Positions 37,134-45,952 of a DNA stretch of 64,000 nt are shown here, piece by piece. The notes under the pieces were generated by a model. It was given only the letters and a program-made list of their open reading frames with translations, had not been told where the DNA came from and ran no database searches. A program made the translations under genes and the position numbers. The DNA is from Candidatus Sumerlaeaceae bacterium (GTDB lineage: Bacteria; Sumerlaeota; Sumerlaeia; Sumerlaeales; Sumerlaeaceae), in contig JBMFRB010000002.1 in the NCBI GenBank assembly GCA_049968255.1, forward strand, positions 96,001 to 160,000. Reading direction: 5' to 3'. The stretch's first letter is position 1, and every line of letters begins with the position of its first letter.

Positions 37134-39062
37134 ATGCTAGAACTTGAACATCTCGAGTCACCGGAACAGATTCGTCACGCTGATTTCAAAACTCTCGAAC
37201 AGCTGGCCCGGCAGATCCGCCGGCGCATCATCGAGACCGTTGCGGTCAATGGTGGGCATTTGGCATCCTCGCTAGGCACAGTCGAACTCGCCATTGCATT
37301 ACATTACGTGTTTCAGACGCCGCAGGATTTGCTCATCTGGGATGTTGGGCATCAAGCCTATCCCCACAAATTACTCACCGGGCGCGCGAAGTCATTTTCG
37401 ACACTCCGCAAACGCGGGGGGCTCAGTGGATTTCTTCGGCGTTCCGAGAGTCCTTTCGACGTTTTCGGAGCGGGACACGCGGGGACATCCATCAGTGCGG
37501 CGCTTGGATTGGCCTTGGCGCGTGATCTCAGGGGCGAAAAGCACAAAGTTGTTGCCGTCATCGGTGACGGCTCCCTTACATGCGGCCTTCCTTTTGAAGG
37601 CCTCAACAATGCCGGGCATTTGGGGACAGATCTCGTCGTTGTGCTCAACGACAACGAAATGTCCATTAGTGGAAACGTAGGCGCATTGGCCAAATACCTG
37701 AACCTGCTGGTTCAGTCGCGCCTCTACAATAAATCGAAAGAGGAAGCGTATGCGCTTGTTCGGCGCGCGCCCGCAGGCGACAGGATCATTCGCCTCGTGC
37801 ATAAGCTCGAAGAAAGCACGAAAGGGTTGCTCGTTCCCTCAATTTTCTTCGAGGATCTAGGCTTCCGCTATGTCGGCCCGATTGATGGGCATAATGTGGA
37901 GGAGTTGATTAGAACATTCCAGCGCGTGCGCGAATGGCAAGGGCCGGTGCTCGTTCATGTTCTCACGAAAAAAGGCAAAGGGTACAGTCAGGCCGAAGGC
38001 GACGCTGTATTTTGGCACTCGCCACCATCGTTCAAGGTCGAAACCGGCGAGACGAAAAAGAGTAGTACGCTCACCTACACGCACGTTTACGGCAAGACGT
38101 TAGTTGAGTTGGCGGAACAAGACGAGCGTGTAGTGGCCATTACGGCTGCCATGGCTACTGGCACGGGACTTGTCGAATTCAGCCAGAAATTTCCAAAACG
38201 TTTTTTCGATGTGGGGATTGCGGAAGCCCACGCCGTAACAAGTGCCGCGGGAATGGCTATCGGGGGTCTGCGCCCTTTTGTGACGATTTACTCAACGTTC
38301 CTCCAACGGGCTTTCGATTCCATTGTCCATGATGTTGCTCTGCAGAATCTGCCTGTCATTTTTGCCATGGATCGCGCTGGGTTCGTCGGATTCGATGGCC
38401 CTACGCATCATGGGCTCCTCGACATCGCGTACCTGCGTATCATCCCCAACATGGTCGTCATGGCCCCCAAGGATGAGCAGGAGTTGCGCGACATGATGTT
38501 GACAGCGAAAAATTACACGGCAGGCCCGATTGCATTCCGTTACCCCCGGGCTTCAGTGACAGGAGCGGACATCACCGGCCCGCCCAAGGAGATCCCCATC
38601 GGCAAAGCTGAACTTGTCCGCGAAGGTCGGTCTGGAGTTTGCATACTTAGTTACGGACACATTTATCCGAACGTGATGGCTGCTGCCAACTTGCTTGCTG
38701 AGCACGGGCTTGACGCCACAATTATCAATGCCCGTTTTGCCAAGCCGCTGGATCGCCAAATGCTGCAATGGGCGGCGAAGCATCATGCGTTCCTGTTCAG
38801 CGTCGAAGAGGGGGTTCTGGCCGGAGGATTTGGGTCAGCGGTCAATGAAGCACTCATAGAAATGGGACTGACAGCCAATTGCCAGATTTTTGCCGTGCCG
38901 GACCTATTTATGGAGCATGGGGACCAAGCCTGGCAGCAAGATCTCGTTGGCTTGTCGCCGGAAAAAATTGCCCAGCGGATACTCGAGACGGTTAGGTCTG
39001 CAGGGGAGAGATTTTCTTTTGGTGCGCCGCAAGCTGTTTCGGTTTCCTCGCCTCAGCGCTAG
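37134..39062 (+). CDS. dxs: 1-deoxy-D-xylulose-5-phosphate synthase
   Basis: GGHLASSLG, WDVGHQAY, GDG...NDNEMSI, GPIDGH, DVGIAE, DGPTHHG. Confidence 0.98.
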   Translation: MLELEHLESPEQIRHADFKTLEQLARQIRRRIIETVAVNGGHLASSLGTVELAIALHYVFQTPQDLLIWDVGHQAYPHKLLTGRAKSFSTLRKRGGLSGFLRRSESPFDVFGAGHAGTSISAALGLALARDLRGEKHKVVAVIGDGSLTCGLPFEGLNNAGHLGTDLVVVLNDNEMSISGNVGALAKYLNLLVQSRLYNKSKEEAYALVRRAPAGDRIIRLVHKLEESTKGLLVPSIFFEDLGFRYVGPIDGHNVEELIRTFQRVREWQGPVLVHVLTKKGKGYSQAEGDAVFWHSPPSFKVETGETKKSSTLTYTHVYGKTLVELAEQDERVVAITAAMATGTGLVEFSQKFPKRFFDVGIAEAHAVTSAAGMAIGGLRPFVTIYSTFLQRAFDSIVHDVALQNLPVIFAMDRAGFVGFDGPTHHGLLDIAYLRIIPNMVVMAPKDEQELRDMMLTAKNYTAGPIAFRYPRASVTGADITGPPKEIPIGKAELVREGRSGVCILSYGHIYPNVMAAANLLAEHGLDATIINARFAKPLDRQMLQWAAKHHAFLFSVEEGVLAGGFGSAVNEALIEMGLTANCQIFAVPDLFMEHGDQAWQQDLVGLSPEKIAQRILETVRSAGERFSFGAPQAVSVSSPQR

Positions 39063-39153
39063 ACGTCAGTTAGCTCTTCTGGCGGGGGAATTTTCCGTGT
39101 CGGGGGTGTGGGTGCAAAGTGCTACACCTTAGTTTGGCTCGGATTGTTCATAG

Positions 39154-39185
39154 AAAAAGGCCGCTTGTCACACGGCAAGCGGCCT
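39154..39185 (-). terminator. intrinsic terminator downstream of the 39216-40205 gene
   Basis: Stem AGGCCGCTTG (39158-39167) / CAAGCGGCCT (39176-39185), followed by a T-run on the minus strand. Confidence 0.85.
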
Positions 39186-39215
39186 GAGTATTTACGACAT
39201 CCGGTGTATAAGCTC

Positions 39216-40205
39216 TTACTGGAAGAGCTGCCAATCGCTAGCGGCTGTTGAGGGAACGACGTCGGTAATCTTGAAATTGTCAAACAACATGAAAGACTCA
39301 CCCGGTGGATTAGACCAACTCGAGAACGGGTCCCCAGCGATAAGACCCACTTTTTTCTCGGTCTTGGAACTCGACACCGTGACAATTGGATAGCCATTGA
39401 TGTAGAAGGTTACATTTGAGCCCCGTACAGAGGCACGGATTGTGTTCCACAGCCACCCTGCCACATTGCCCAATGTCCGTCCAGCAGGAGGCGCCAGGAC
39501 AAAGCTAAACTGGGTGTTGAAATCATGAGAGACAAATGGCGACGGATCGCCGGCCTGGAACGTCCCGGTCTGACCGTTGAGAGTCGCGGTCGGGCCACCG
39601 GTTCTTGCTGCTGGATCATAGCAGAAAATATCCGTGGCGCTTTCGCCGTTCTCACCATTGAAGCCGAACGCGAGCCCGTCCTGAGGATAGCTGCTGGCGG
39701 TAGTAGAGAGATCAGCATATGCCGGGTTGGTGCCCCACACGCCAAATGCGGGGTTGCATCCGCTCAGAGCGTTGTTGCGCAGTCCTCGAATGCCATTGCC
39801 ATTGCTCTGAATGACAATACCGATATGCTCAGTGGTTCCGCCGGCAGGGGATGAAATTGGATACGCGATGAATGCGTCCACTTCCACGTCATAGTTGGAC
39901 GTCAGCGGCACTGCCGTGCACCACACAGTGACGCCTTCTTGGTAGTTAGTCGTGTCGTTGGTGTTGTTAGATTCAATTTTCAAGCCAATTGTGTCTCCGT
40001 GTGGAGATGCAGGAATTGTTGTGTAGCCGGTACCGGCGGGAGCAGTGTCCGTGCCCCAGTTGTACCCGAACGTCACAGTATTGTCTGGCGTTTGGGTTGT
40101 GACGAAATCACTCCCGGCGGAATTCATTCCGCTGGAGATGACGACTGTGTCGCTCCATCCCAAAAGTGGAAGGCCGGCGAGAAGTGCTAGAAATGTTGTT
40201 CTCAT
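39216..40205 (-). CDS. Sec-exported beta-sandwich (ConA-like) protein ending ...STAASDWQLFQ
   Basis: GGAGG RBS; signal peptide MRTTFLALLAGLPLLGWS; T/G/N/S-rich; WNTI...VTFYING...FDNFKIT pattern. Confidence 0.8.
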   Translation of the reverse strand: MRTTFLALLAGLPLLGWSDTVVISSGMNSAGSDFVTTQTPDNTVTFGYNWGTDTAPAGTGYTTIPASPHGDTIGLKIESNNTNDTTNYQEGVTVWCTAVPLTSNYDVEVDAFIAYPISSPAGGTTEHIGIVIQSNGNGIRGLRNNALSGCNPAFGVWGTNPAYADLSTTASSYPQDGLAFGFNGENGESATDIFCYDPAARTGGPTATLNGQTGTFQAGDPSPFVSHDFNTQFSFVLAPPAGRTLGNVAGWLWNTIRASVRGSNVTFYINGYPIVTVSSSKTEKKVGLIAGDPFSSWSNPPGESFMLFDNFKITDVVPSTAASDWQLFQ

Positions 40206-40298
40206 GGCAAACCTCCATAGGTGTCGATTATGACAAGCGGTCCATGCTGGCCGCTTTGTCATTTTTGTGAGAGAGTCTTTCGTCCTCTTGCAATTGTT

Positions 40299-40314
40299 TT
40301 TCAAGGAAAAAATG
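40299..40314 (-). promoter_or_regulatory. putative -35 element (TTGAAA) with upstream T-tract
   Basis: TCAAGGAAAAAATG at 40301-40314, 96 nt from the ATG, as at the 21153 gene. Confidence 0.5.
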
Positions 40315-40436
40315 ATGGGTACATAAAGCATTTCGACAAGGGGGACGCAAAAAAACAAGTTGCAATCATCTGGCGCGCGCCAACCATCGCAAAATCACAG
40401 TTTGCAACCCTAGATGAAGAAGAGAGTGTTGACGAA

Positions 40437-41948
40437 ATGCCCGTAACGATGGACGCGATAGTCTCGCTTTGTAAGCGGCGGGGCATTATTTTTCAGAGCA
40501 GCGAAATCTACGGCGGACTTGCCAGCACGTGGGACTACGGCCCGATCGGTGTCGAGCTGAAACGAAATGTTAAAGAAGCATGGTGGCGCGCCCTCATTTA
40601 TGAGCGTGATGACATTGACGGGCTTGATGCTGCGATTCTTATGCACCCACAGGTTTGGGTTGCGAGTGGTCATGTGAGCTCTTTCACTGATCCGCTTGTC
40701 GATTGCAAACAGTGCAAAAAACGTTGGCGTCAGGACCACCTTCCCAAGACGTTTTCGGTCTGTCTCGTTCCAGCAGACACGCCCGACGCGAAGGCGGTCA
40801 TCGTCAAAGTTGTGGCGGAAGACGCCGACGATGCGCTGAAAAAGGCTAAAGGATCTAAAGATTGGGGGAGCAAACCAAAGGGTTATTGGCAAGTTCTTGG
40901 CGAGCCCCAGCTTACTGAGCCCGTTTGCCCAGATTGTGGGGGAGAGCTGACCGAGCCCCGATTGTTTAACCTCATGTTCAAAACGTTCGTAGGACCAGTA
41001 GAAGAGGCTGCGGCTGTTGTGTATCTCCGTCCCGAAACAGCACAAGGAATTTTTGTTAATTTTGAGAACGTGCTAACGACGATGCGCCGCAAACTCCCCT
41101 TTGGGATCGCTCAAATAGGCAAAAGTTTTCGCAATGAAATCACGCCCGGGAACTTCATTTTCCGAACACGCGAATTCGAGCAGATGGAGCTCGAGTATTT
41201 CTGCAAGCCCGGCGACAAGTGCAAACCTGGCGAGCCGACCGACATGGACTGGTGGGAGCATTGGAAGGCGGAGCGACTCAATTGGTACAAGCGTTTTGGC
41301 ATTCGTAGCGAAAACCTACGCTTGCGCGAACATGCTGCCGACGAACTGGCTCATTACGCGAAAGGCTGCGTGGATGTCGAATATCGATTCCCTATCGGCT
41401 GGAGCGAGTTGGAAGGAATCGCGAACCGAACGGATTATGATCTGACGCAGCACATGAGACATTCTGGCCGTGATCTGCGCTACTTTGATCAGGAACGCGG
41501 AGAGCATTACGTGCCGTACGTGATCGAGCCCAGCGCTGGCGCTGATCGCGCCACGCTTGCTTTTTTGTGCGACGCCTATCGCGAGGAGATTGTCGAGGGC
41601 AGAGAACGGCGCGTCCTCAGCCTTCACTACGCACTCGCACCTATCAAGTGTGCTGTCTTCCCTCTCCTCAAAAACAAACCCGAACTCGTGGAAATTGCAC
41701 AAAAACTTGCTCGGGATCTTAAGCGGTCCTTTTTCACAGTGTACGACGACACGGCAGCCATCGGAAAGTTGTACCGCCGACAGGACGAAATCGGAACTCC
41801 CTTTTGCGTGACAGTGGATGTGGATACGCTCTCTGATGGTCAGGTGACCCTGCGTGATCGCGACACCATGCAGCAAGAGCGCTTGCCGCTAGAAAAGGTT
41901 CGTCAGGTCGTTGCAGAGCGACTGCAAGCAGCTTGGGAGAGAGCATGA
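40437..41948 (+). CDS. glyQS: glycine--tRNA ligase, alpha2 (homodimeric) type
   Basis: [60 protein letters not shown]. Confidence 0.97.
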   Translation: MPVTMDAIVSLCKRRGIIFQSSEIYGGLASTWDYGPIGVELKRNVKEAWWRALIYERDDIDGLDAAILMHPQVWVASGHVSSFTDPLVDCKQCKKRWRQDHLPKTFSVCLVPADTPDAKAVIVKVVAEDADDALKKAKGSKDWGSKPKGYWQVLGEPQLTEPVCPDCGGELTEPRLFNLMFKTFVGPVEEAAAVVYLRPETAQGIFVNFENVLTTMRRKLPFGIAQIGKSFRNEITPGNFIFRTREFEQMELEYFCKPGDKCKPGEPTDMDWWEHWKAERLNWYKRFGIRSENLRLREHAADELAHYAKGCVDVEYRFPIGWSELEGIANRTDYDLTQHMRHSGRDLRYFDQERGEHYVPYVIEPSAGADRATLAFLCDAYREEIVEGRERRVLSLHYALAPIKCAVFPLLKNKPELVEIAQKLARDLKRSFFTVYDDTAAIGKLYRRQDEIGTPFCVTVDVDTLSDGQVTLRDRDTMQQERLPLEKVRQVVAERLQAAWERA

Positions 41949-42028
41949 AATTCCTGCGAACTCGAGTGCAGAGCACGGATAGCAGAGTTTAGCGCTTATG
42001 AGCAATTCGCAAAGCCAGGAGCCTTCGA

Positions 42029-42856
42029 GTGGGACTGTGGCGTGCGTTTCGGCAGATCTCTGGCCTATTCACTGTGCCCGCTGACGGGCTGGCGCGGCGC
42101 GTGCTTTGGCAGCTCGCTTGCATTCGTTACCGTTACCCTGGCCTTCGGTTGCTCTCTGTTTTTTTAGGCAAGCCTGGGCCTGCCCGAGATGTTGTCGTTG
42201 GTTTGCGTGTGAAAGGAAGGCTACTGCGACTCCAGTTCGACCCTTCGGATAGCGGCGATGTGGCGAGTGTTTTTGAAAATTTTATCGAGTTGCCATTGCC
42301 GGAAAAATACATGCAAAACATTCATCGCGCTGTTTGCCTCGGTGGCCACATCGGGACTTTTGCCCTAGCGTTGCTAGCTCGCAATCCCGATTGCCGGGTG
42401 GTGATTTTTGAGCCAAACGCCCGTAATCGCGATTTTCTGTTACGTAATTTGCAGCTCAATGGTTTCCGCGCGGAGGTTCGTCCCGAAGCCGTTTGGATTA
42501 AAGCAGGAAAAGTACGGTTCTTAACAAGAGAATCGAATGCAGGGAAAATCCTGACAGCCGAGAGCGACTCCGACGAAAATGCCATCACAGTAGAGGCCGT
42601 TGACGTTAGGCAACTTGATGACAAGCTTTTGAGTCAGGTGCAGTTTGTGGAAATGGATATCGAAGGGGCTGAATGGGAGATTCTGCCGCTGTTATTACCA
42701 AAGCTTAGCCCTGGTTGTATAGTTTACTTCGAAGCTCACCATGTGGACCAGCATTGGCATGAGCTGGTCACCCTCCGAAACACTCACCCTTGTCAATCCT
42801 GGTCGTTAGGAAGGATTGGCAGCCACGAGTTACGAGTCATCCGTATTCTCAAGTAA
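42029..42856 (+). CDS. FkbM-family SAM-dependent methyltransferase
   Basis: LGGHIG, FEPN, MDIEGAE. Confidence 0.85.
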   Translation: MGLWRAFRQISGLFTVPADGLARRVLWQLACIRYRYPGLRLLSVFLGKPGPARDVVVGLRVKGRLLRLQFDPSDSGDVASVFENFIELPLPEKYMQNIHRAVCLGGHIGTFALALLARNPDCRVVIFEPNARNRDFLLRNLQLNGFRAEVRPEAVWIKAGKVRFLTRESNAGKILTAESDSDENAITVEAVDVRQLDDKLLSQVQFVEMDIEGAEWEILPLLLPKLSPGCIVYFEAHHVDQHWHELVTLRNTHPCQSWSLGRIGSHELRVIRILK

Positions 42857-44345
42857 CGCTGGCGATTTCACTGGTTTTAGTCTTTTCTCGAAAGTGCTTT
42901 AAAGCGAAGTAGGCCCCGATCGTTGCGCCAAGTGCTTGAATCGTGACAAATGCTGCCAAAACATACGGGTAGCTTTGCACTGCGGTGCATGCCAGGAAAT
43001 AAAGACCCTGCGCAAGCGTGATAGCAGCGAATCCTCGGGCCGAAAACGCGGAAGGTAGGGTAATAACAAGAATTCCTAGCAAAACCACAGTGATCACTGT
43101 TTCGGAAATGATGCCCGCCAGCGCGGCTCCCACAGCTCCCAACTTAGGAATCAGAAGCCAGGAGAGAAAAATCTTTCCCAGGGCGGCGGCCCAGTTGGCG
43201 TTTGTCAGTATGTTTTGGCGGTCGGCTGCTGCATAGACGACGAGTAGTCCAGTGTTCAGAAAGATCCCTGGCAGCATCCAGGCAAGGATCCCTAGGAGGG
43301 GGATTGCCGGAGAGAAGTTTTTTCCGTACGTTAGTGGGATGAGTAGAGTTCGGCCAAAGTAGAGGAGGAGGGCAAGGCTTGATGCAACGAGATAGAGAAG
43401 GGTAAGCGTGGCAGCGGTAAGCTTGCAGAAATGTTTGCGATCTGCGAGGAATGTGCGGGCTAGCTCGGGATAAACGGCGCCGGCGAAGCTCGTAGGAATG
43501 AACAGCAGCGAGAGGACGAAGGGCGTGGCGCTAGCATAGAGCCCGATTTGCCGGTCGGCGACAGAACCCGCATTGGTAAACAAGAATTTCATCAGTACCA
43601 CGTCGAAGTAGTATCGCAGTTGCTGAGCCAGGTTTTGCAGACCAAACGGAAGTGCTTCGCGTAAGAGCGACATAACTGGACGCTTAGAGGCGGGCCATTG
43701 CGGTTTGCTAAAATTTCGGTAAAGATACCAATTGGCTGCCGCGCAATCGAGAAAATCTACGGCCACATAAGTGCAAATGATGAACCACAGCGGTGCCCGA
43801 AAAACGACAGCCAGAGTGACGCCCACCAACATGAGGACTCGATTACTGATGGCGAAGTAAGCATGATAGTGAAGCTGCTGGCGTGCCTGCCAAACGACTT
43901 CAGGATTCTTTCGAAATGCTTGGAACATTTGGCTCCACATGTAAATGGCACACAGAAAGCGGACATCGGTATGAACCTGTGATGAGGGCAGAATCGCGAG
44001 GGACGCAACGAGGATGGTGAAAGCAGCGAACGAAAGTATGAGCCGAGCACTGAAGAGCAGCCCGTGAATCGAGTTGTGCTGGGTGAGTGGTGCACGTGCC
44101 ATACGCCGCACTGCGACTCGCGATATTCCCGCGTCGGTCATCACAGCAAACAGAATAGTGAAGTTAACGACGAACTTGAAAACGCCCAGTCCTTCTGGCT
44201 GCAAATAACGCCCGAGCAGCGCCGACAAGAAAAAATTGACCGCTGTGCGGATAGCTTCGGCACTTAGGAGAAAAATAGAGTTGCGCGCAATCGCTGAGTC
44301 CCAATGTAACAGCGCTAGCGATTGACGGCTTATTTTTCGAAGCAT
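42849..44345 (-). CDS. Wzx-type polysaccharide flippase
   Basis: Many TM helices; IARNS, RYLQPEGLG, DAG, ALPF, DVVLM, GLY, YPEL, LIPKLGAVGAA. Confidence 0.9.
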   Translation of the reverse strand: MLRKISRQSLALLHWDSAIARNSIFLLSAEAIRTAVNFFLSALLGRYLQPEGLGVFKFVVNFTILFAVMTDAGISRVAVRRMARAPLTQHNSIHGLLFSARLILSFAAFTILVASLAILPSSQVHTDVRFLCAIYMWSQMFQAFRKNPEVVWQARQQLHYHAYFAISNRVLMLVGVTLAVVFRAPLWFIICTYVAVDFLDCAAANWYLYRNFSKPQWPASKRPVMSLLREALPFGLQNLAQQLRYYFDVVLMKFLFTNAGSVADRQIGLYASATPFVLSLLFIPTSFAGAVYPELARTFLADRKHFCKLTAATLTLLYLVASSLALLLYFGRTLLIPLTYGKNFSPAIPLLGILAWMLPGIFLNTGLLVVYAAADRQNILTNANWAAALGKIFLSWLLIPKLGAVGAALAGIISETVITVVLLGILVITLPSAFSARGFAAITLAQGLYFLACTAVQSYPYVLAAFVTIQALGATIGAYFALKHFREKTKTSEIASVT

Positions 44346-44446
44346 GTTTGCACTGTTGCTATGGCTATGATCTCGCAATTGCAAGAGTCTGCACGCACAC
44401 ATTTGTGCGTGACACTCATGAGGGAACCCAAAACGGTAGGCTTGCA

Positions 44447-45856
44447 ATGCGTGACGAAAGAATCGTGATCATCGGTGCTGGTCCCACAGGGCTTGGAGCC
44501 GCGTGGCGACTTAACGAACATGGCTACGACAATTGGCTTCTCATCGAGCAAGCTCCCTTTGCTGGTGGCTTAGCAGCTTCTGTTGTGGATGAAAATGGTT
44601 TTACGTGGGATCTTGGCGGCCATGTTCAGTTTTCTCACTATGAGTATTTTGATCATTTGATGGATGAACTGCTAGGGCCAGACGGATGGCTTTATCATGA
44701 GCGTGAAAGCTGGGTATGGCTTTGCCAACGGTTCATTCCCTATCCCTTCCAGATGAATATTTGGAGATTGCCGCCCGAAAAGTTGAAGCAGTGTCTGTGC
44801 GGTCTTGTGCGTCTCTATCGTGAGGGAAACTCTAAGAACCCCGCTAATTTTGCCGAGTGGATCACTGCAACGTTTGGCGAAGGCCTAGCCGAAGTTTTTA
44901 TGCGCCCGTACAACTTCAAAGTGTGGGCTTACCCGCTCGAGCGGCTCGGCACAAGCTGGGTTGGCGAACGTGTCGCAGTCGTTGATCTCGAACGCGTTCT
45001 GTGTAATTTGGTCGATGGTAAAGATGATGTTTCGTGGGGCCCGAATAATACTTTTCGTTTTCCGAAGCACGGAGGCACTGGTGCCGTATGGCGTGCTTGC
45101 GCACAACGTCTGCCGCGAGAAAAGCAGCGCTACGGCCACGCTGTGGTGAAAATTGATCCCGAGAAACATCTTGTCATTCTTGATGACGGAGTGGAAATCG
45201 CTTATGATTTCCTGCTAAGCTCGATGCCGCTCGACGTGCTCACTCAGATCTCAGGATTATCGGCACTTCACAAATCTGCTTCCCAGCTTTGCTTCTCTTC
45301 GACGCACATTTTCGGAATTGGACTCGCTGGGGCGCCACCGGAGCATCTTCGCACAAAGTGCTGGATGTATTTCCCCGAGGATGATAATCCATTTTACCGG
45401 GTCACTGTTTTTTCGAATTACTCCCCAAACAATGTGCCCGACATTCGCAAATACTGGTCGCTCATGGCGGAAGTCAGTGAGTCCCCGTACAAGCAGGTAC
45501 CCGCCACGCCAGGCGAGCGCATCGAGCAAGTCATCGAAGGATTGCTCGCTACCAGACTCATCGCTTCGCGCGAGCAGATCGTCGATATTTGGTACACGCG
45601 CCTAGAGCGCGGATATCCCACCCCTACGGTCGAGCGTGACGCGATTATCTACGAAGTGCTGCCAGCCCTGGAAAAATACGGCATTTACTCGCGCGGACGG
45701 TTTGGAGCATGGCGTTATGAGGTCTCAAATCAGGATCATTCGCTCATGCAAGGCGTCGAGTGGGTAGATCATCTTTTTGACGGCGAAGAAGAACTCACTT
45801 TGTGGCATCCCGAAATCGTCAATCGTACTCATCGCCCTGCTATCCACGTGCGTTGA
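44447..45856 (+). CDS. FAD-dependent enzyme most similar to eukaryote-type UDP-galactopyranose mutase
   Basis: GAGPTG, DLGGHVQFSH, PYPFQ, YNFKVW, WVGERV, TFRFP..GGTG, GYPTP, RGRFGAWRYEVSNQDHS. Confidence 0.8.
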   Translation: MRDERIVIIGAGPTGLGAAWRLNEHGYDNWLLIEQAPFAGGLAASVVDENGFTWDLGGHVQFSHYEYFDHLMDELLGPDGWLYHERESWVWLCQRFIPYPFQMNIWRLPPEKLKQCLCGLVRLYREGNSKNPANFAEWITATFGEGLAEVFMRPYNFKVWAYPLERLGTSWVGERVAVVDLERVLCNLVDGKDDVSWGPNNTFRFPKHGGTGAVWRACAQRLPREKQRYGHAVVKIDPEKHLVILDDGVEIAYDFLLSSMPLDVLTQISGLSALHKSASQLCFSSTHIFGIGLAGAPPEHLRTKCWMYFPEDDNPFYRVTVFSNYSPNNVPDIRKYWSLMAEVSESPYKQVPATPGERIEQVIEGLLATRLIASREQIVDIWYTRLERGYPTPTVERDAIIYEVLPALEKYGIYSRGRFGAWRYEVSNQDHSLMQGVEWVDHLFDGEEELTLWHPEIVNRTHRPAIHVR

Positions 45857-45952
45857 GTTATCCTATTTTCTGGTTGTCTCAATCCGCCTTGTGCGACAGT
45901 GTGTTTTCATCTTTTGGTAAATTTGCCTCACGCAGAGGGAGTGGTCGAATTC

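Noticed and set aside
40315-40436. T-box leader upstream of glyQS
   Set aside because: No T-box consensus or terminator/antiterminator, and the region is too short. The long N-terminal extensions given in the ORF track for glyQS and the 39216 gene are artefacts.
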